A DNA stretch of 64,000 bases, taken from NCBI GenBank assembly GCA_964016885.1, contig OZ024742.1:19716001-19780000 (forward strand), given 5' to 3'. Below the pieces are notes generated by a model. That model was not told where the DNA came from. It saw only the letters and a program-made list of their open reading frames with translations, and ran no database searches. The position numbers and the translations under genes are program-made. The stretch comes from Eledone cirrhosa. Taxonomy: Eukaryota. Below, piece after piece: positions 59,640-64,000 of the stretch; the first letter of the stretch is position 1; every line of letters begins with the position of its first letter.

Positions 59640-61478
59640 TCCACAATTCGGTCTTTGCAAGACAAAGATGGACGCATTATACTTGAATCCAAGCAGATGT
59701 GCGCGACCTTCCAGCAGCATTTTTCACAACTGTTCGGGCAAAGCGGTACATCGAGCGAGGTGATGGACTTCAGCTCCTACCTCGACAGCGTACCGCGACT
59801 CTCGAGCACGGATGCGGAAAGCTGCGAAAGGCCGATCACAGCGGGCGAAATAGAAGATGCCCTAGGCCGCTGCGTGAAACGCAAATCACCCTGTTTAGAT
59901 GGTCTACCGTATGAGTTTTACATAGGCATGCCAGACTTGCTCTCTGGCGTCCTCGAAGCGGTCTACTGCAACTGGCAGCAGAACGGGAGGATTCCCAGTT
60001 CTGTAGGCAGAGGCGTAGTAACGCTGATCAGGAAAGATGAGAACAAGGGGGATGAGATAAGCAATTTCAGACCCATAACTCTGCTCAACACAGAGTTAAA
60101 GATTTTGGCCAAGGTGTTAGCAGCAAGGCTGGCGCTTGTCGTCGAGAACCTGGTAGGGGAAGCCCAAACGTGTGCAATCCCGACCAGGTCCATATACGAC
60201 AACCTCCACCTCATGCGATACATCATAGAGAGGGTAGGGTGTAAACCTGGCTTCGGTGGGGCTCTGATCAATTTAGATCAGTCTAAGGCATTTGATAAGG
60301 TCGACCATCAATACTTGGAAGCAGTTCTCAAGGCGGCCGGCTTCGGTCCCATCTTCAGAGGCTGGATCGCTGCCATGTACACCAGCATCTGCTCGGTAGT
60401 CAAGGTGAATGGCTACCTGTCAGAGCCATTCCAAATCATGCGTTTCATCCGTCAGGGATGCCCTCTCTCCTCCATTCTGTATGTACTGACTCTCGAGCCG
60501 TTACTGCGGAAGTTGGAGCTGTTGCAGGGCATCCCGATCGAACCAAGACTGCGGAAAGCAGCGTCGGCCTATGCCGATGACATAACCGTAATGGTGTCGA
60601 AAACCTCGGAAATCAGGGTAATCGGCAACCTATTACAGGAATACGAAACGTTGACAGGAGCAAGACTAAACCCAAACAAGTCTATCGGTTTGCAACTCGG
60701 CACATGGAGAGGCAAACCCATGTCTTCCGACAGTGTCGTTGGACACTGGACGGAAGGACCGGTGAAATTGCTCGGGGTCTGGTTCGGTCCAGACCTCCAG
60801 GTAGACAAGAACTGGAATGAGGTCACGGCGAAGGTGTTTGCACTCACCCAGAAGTGGGCTGAGTGCAAACTCTCCTTGAAAGGTCGAGCGGAGGTGGCGA
60901 ACACTTACATGTGGCGAACACTCCAGTTGTCAGCCGAGTCCATCGTGAGGATCACCCCGCCGCCTTCATTTAAGAACGAAGGAGTGGCGATTTTCTTCTG
61001 TCTGGTGGCTATGGCGAAAGAGGTAATATGGTGGACGAGGTTAAAAGGACTGAAGGCAAACACCTTTCTCTCCGGACAACAACTTATCCCCTTCTTTAAG
61101 TATCACTTCAGAAGGAAGGTGAGAGTGGAGAGAGAGGTGCTAGACCCCAGTAAATTGGCTGAAAGGTGGGTGAATGTGGCAAAAATGGCCCGAGTGAATG
61201 GGCCTTCTCTGTATATAAAACTGTAGGTTGAGGAAGATAAACAGAGGGAAGACAGGAACACCTACAAAACGTGTTCCTGGTGTTGAGGGTTGTTCTATCC
61301 ACGGGGTGTAAAACAACTCTGCAGTAACGTTCCCCCCTACTGGGGATTTCAATTGTTATTTTATTATATATAGTTTATTGTTATTTATTAATGTTAAAGT
61401 TATTTTTATGTAAAACCCCCGCCGTCACGTCTTGTAATGTCCCATTTTTGTACGCCCCTGTGGCAAATAAAGAAAGAT
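59640..61478 (+). mobile_element. Tx1/L1-clade LINE, 5'-truncated, open RT domain, in-frame internal deletion
   Basis: KSPCLDGLPYEFY, NFRPITLLN, NLDQSKAFDKVDH, RQGCPLS, AYADD, KLLGVWF. Jumps from AEVANTY to the terminal domain. 3' end gcccctgtggcaaataaagaaa. (TCTA)n on both sides. Confidence 0.9.
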
Positions 61479-61499
61479 ATCTATCTATCTATATATCTA

Positions 61500-62475
61500 C
61501 GTCCCGCAGCTCGTCTCACTGACGGGGCTGCAGTCCTGGGTCAAGAAAAGACCGAAAACGATAGGCGCCTGGCACATTGAATGCGCTCAGGCGCTCACAG
61601 TCCTCTGGCAAGCGGTCACAGCAATCAGTGGAGACTCCACTTCGACATTCTATAGAGGGATTGTACGTTACAAGGGCGACGACTTGCTCGGAGAGACGCT
61701 AGGCGTCGAAGACGATGGGCTCACCAGTCTGTTTGGTAGGACTTTTCGCCTGGGACCTATGGACGACTTCCATAGGTCCCTGGCCTGACAGTGCTACCGA
61801 GGTGCTCTACAGTTCGTGACAAGATCTACAAGCACGGACGCCTCGGTAGGGATCCTTCCAAGAGGACGTGTCCAAGATGCGTGCAGAACATTGAAACCGT
61901 CCTGCACGCAATTGTACACAGCCTGGGCGTAACCGACCTGTGGAACTACGCGGAACAACTGCTGTCGCGTATGGGACAAATCCAGTTGACTGCCGAATCC
62001 ATAGTAAGGAACAAACCACCAACTTCTTTCAAAAACGAAACAGAGGCGGTTTTCCTCTGTATAGTGGCTATGGTGAAAGAGGTTATATGGTGGACGAGAT
62101 TGAGAGGACTGAGGACAGATGCCTTTCTCTCCGGACAACAACTCATTCCTGTCTTTAGATACCACTTTAGAAGGAGAATCAGAATGGAGAGAGAGGCACT
62201 GCACTCCAGTAAATTTACAGAAAAGTGGGTGAATGTGGCAAAAATGGCCTGTAGGTTAAAGAAGAGAGCAAAAGGAAGAAAGGGGCACTTGCACAACACG
62301 CTCCTGGAGTTGAGGGTTGTTCTATCGACGGGGTATTAAACAATCCATTTGTGGAGGGGATTTCGACCGTTATAATTGTTTGTTTTATATATTTTTACAC
62401 GATTGTATGTAAAATCCCCGGCATGTCTTTATTTTGTTCCCTTTTCTTGTGCGCCCTTGTGGCTAATAAAGAAAT
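61500..62475 (+). mobile_element. Second Tx1/L1-like 3' fragment in tandem, with zinc-knuckle remnant
   Basis: KRTCPRCVQNIETVLHAIVH plus the same C-terminal domain and 3' end (gcccttgtggctaataaagaaa), followed by (TCTA)n. Confidence 0.85.
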
Positions 62476-62630
62476 ATATCTATCTATATATCTATGTATG
62501 TATCTATCTATCTATCTATCTATCTATATGTCTGTCTGTCTATCTGTATATCTATATGTTGGCCTATCTATCTATCACAAACACATAAACACATATACAC
62601 ACATATATATATATACACACATGTATAATA

Positions 62631-63334
62631 CTAGCTGAGGTACCCGGCTTCGTCCGGTAGAATAGTTATGAGAAGACGAATAAAGAGAAAACGACAGTAT
62701 TGGATGTGTTGTCTGGTATGAGGTGAGACAGTAATGTGTTAAGTGTGTGAGTGTGTGAGGGAGACATAAAGAAAAACAATAATAAAACTTCCTTATTTGG
62801 CTTGGAGGAGTAAACTGCCGATTAAATGGTAGCATTGGCCTTGGATTTTAAATATGAAATAACCATAGTCAGTGTGATATTTTCAGTTCCAAAGGACTTC
62901 ATCTGAAACACAGCAATATTCCACATAACATTGCTTCTGAAGTGTTTAGCTCCGTTAGTACAATCTGTAAGTAGTATATGGATAAAAGCTGGAGCGTAGA
63001 TTAATTTCAAATAGTATCCTTTTTTCTTTGTTCTGTAAAATCAAAGACTAAAACTACTTCATAAAAGCTAACGTAATATTGTTAAACCTTCAATTGATAC
63101 TTTGATCTATATTTTAAGCCACTTTTAGACTTTTGTGGGACGTCTCTCTCTCTCTCTCCCTGAATATTTAGCACTTTAATTGTATGTATCACTCTCTTTA
63201 TAACGGCCTATCTCTCTTTCTTCCTCTCCCTCTGTGTCTCTCTCTCTTTAAATGTATGTATGTGGCGGGGGGGGGGTAGTTTTTATGTGATTCAACCAAC
63301 CAATAAACCTCTCTCTTTTATATTATAATATAGA
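62631..63334 (-). mobile_element. Non-autonomous Helitron-type element
   Basis: The minus strand starts A|TCTATATTATA and ends with hairpin ccggacgaagccggg followed by CTAG|T. Same terminal architecture as 17931-18597. Confidence 0.55.
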
Positions 63335-63744
63335 TATACACACATATACACATACTCATATACACATACACTCACACATATACACACAGTCACACAGACA
63401 CAGAGACACATGAGGAAGATGTGAACATTAAAATAAAGAGCAACCTCTTGAACTCGTGACTCTTAACTCACGGTATATTGTGAAGGTCGGGACAACCACG
63501 AAATAACATCTGAGTAGAATAGAAGGTGAAGCACGTGATTGAATATGTCGATATATCACGTATCGATATGTGACAAAAACATGTTGCTATATCACTTATC
63601 AATATGTGGAAGAAAATGTCGATATATCTCTCAATATATCTGTCGAAGACTAATCACGTGATCAGCTGATGCTGCAAAATGTCAATATTTTTATTTCTCC
63701 AATCTAACATGTTTTATTTTTATTTTTCTAAAACAACGATACGT

Positions 63745-63789
<45 letters not shown>

Positions 63790-63809
63790 GTGTCTGTGTG
63801 TGTCTGTGT

Positions 63810-63851
<42 letters not shown>

Positions 63852-64000
63852 GTGTCTGTGTGTGTCTGTGTGTGTCTGTGTGTGTCTGTCTGTGTGTGTG
63901 TGTATGTGGAGCGAGAGCCCCCTAGTCTTCATTAAGACTAATATCTAGGAGAAGGTCACTCTGATATAAAACCTGTGACTTAATTTACACCCAATGATGT

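Noticed and set aside
59460-59640. N-terminal part of the 588-aa ORF as genuine protein
   Set aside because: It is read-through of flanking DNA and (TCTA)n; Tx1 homology starts at about 59640.

Overview
Repeat-dense, intron-rich animal genomic DNA. The SINE families and microsatellite load suggest an octopus or other cephalopod, which is an inference. Most long ORFs in the track are translations of microsatellites or satellites. Host-gene content: four in-phase exons of a WD40-repeat gene (minus strand, 33-5393, running off the left edge); a decayed five-exon gene of unknown family (minus, 7327-15024) whose last splice acceptor has been amplified into a ~3.1 kb satellite; a 5'-truncated MAK16-like fragment (32341-32690); and an isolated open exon-like segment (41280-41452). 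Mobile content: a nested pile of non-LTR retroelements in microsatellites at 19.3-33.1 kb (R4/Dong-like elements in (CATA)n, a decayed RTE with C-terminal C2H2 fingers, and a non-autonomous RTE derivative); Tx1/L1-like elements in (TCTA)n; Helitron-type non-autonomous elements; an IS630/Tc1 transposase relic; many tRNA-derived SINEs; and Penelope-type hammerhead ribozyme motifs. Structural features include three adjacent foldbacks at 39.2-40.6 kb, a large inverted duplication at 50.9-57.0 kb, several minisatellites and one 200-N assembly gap.
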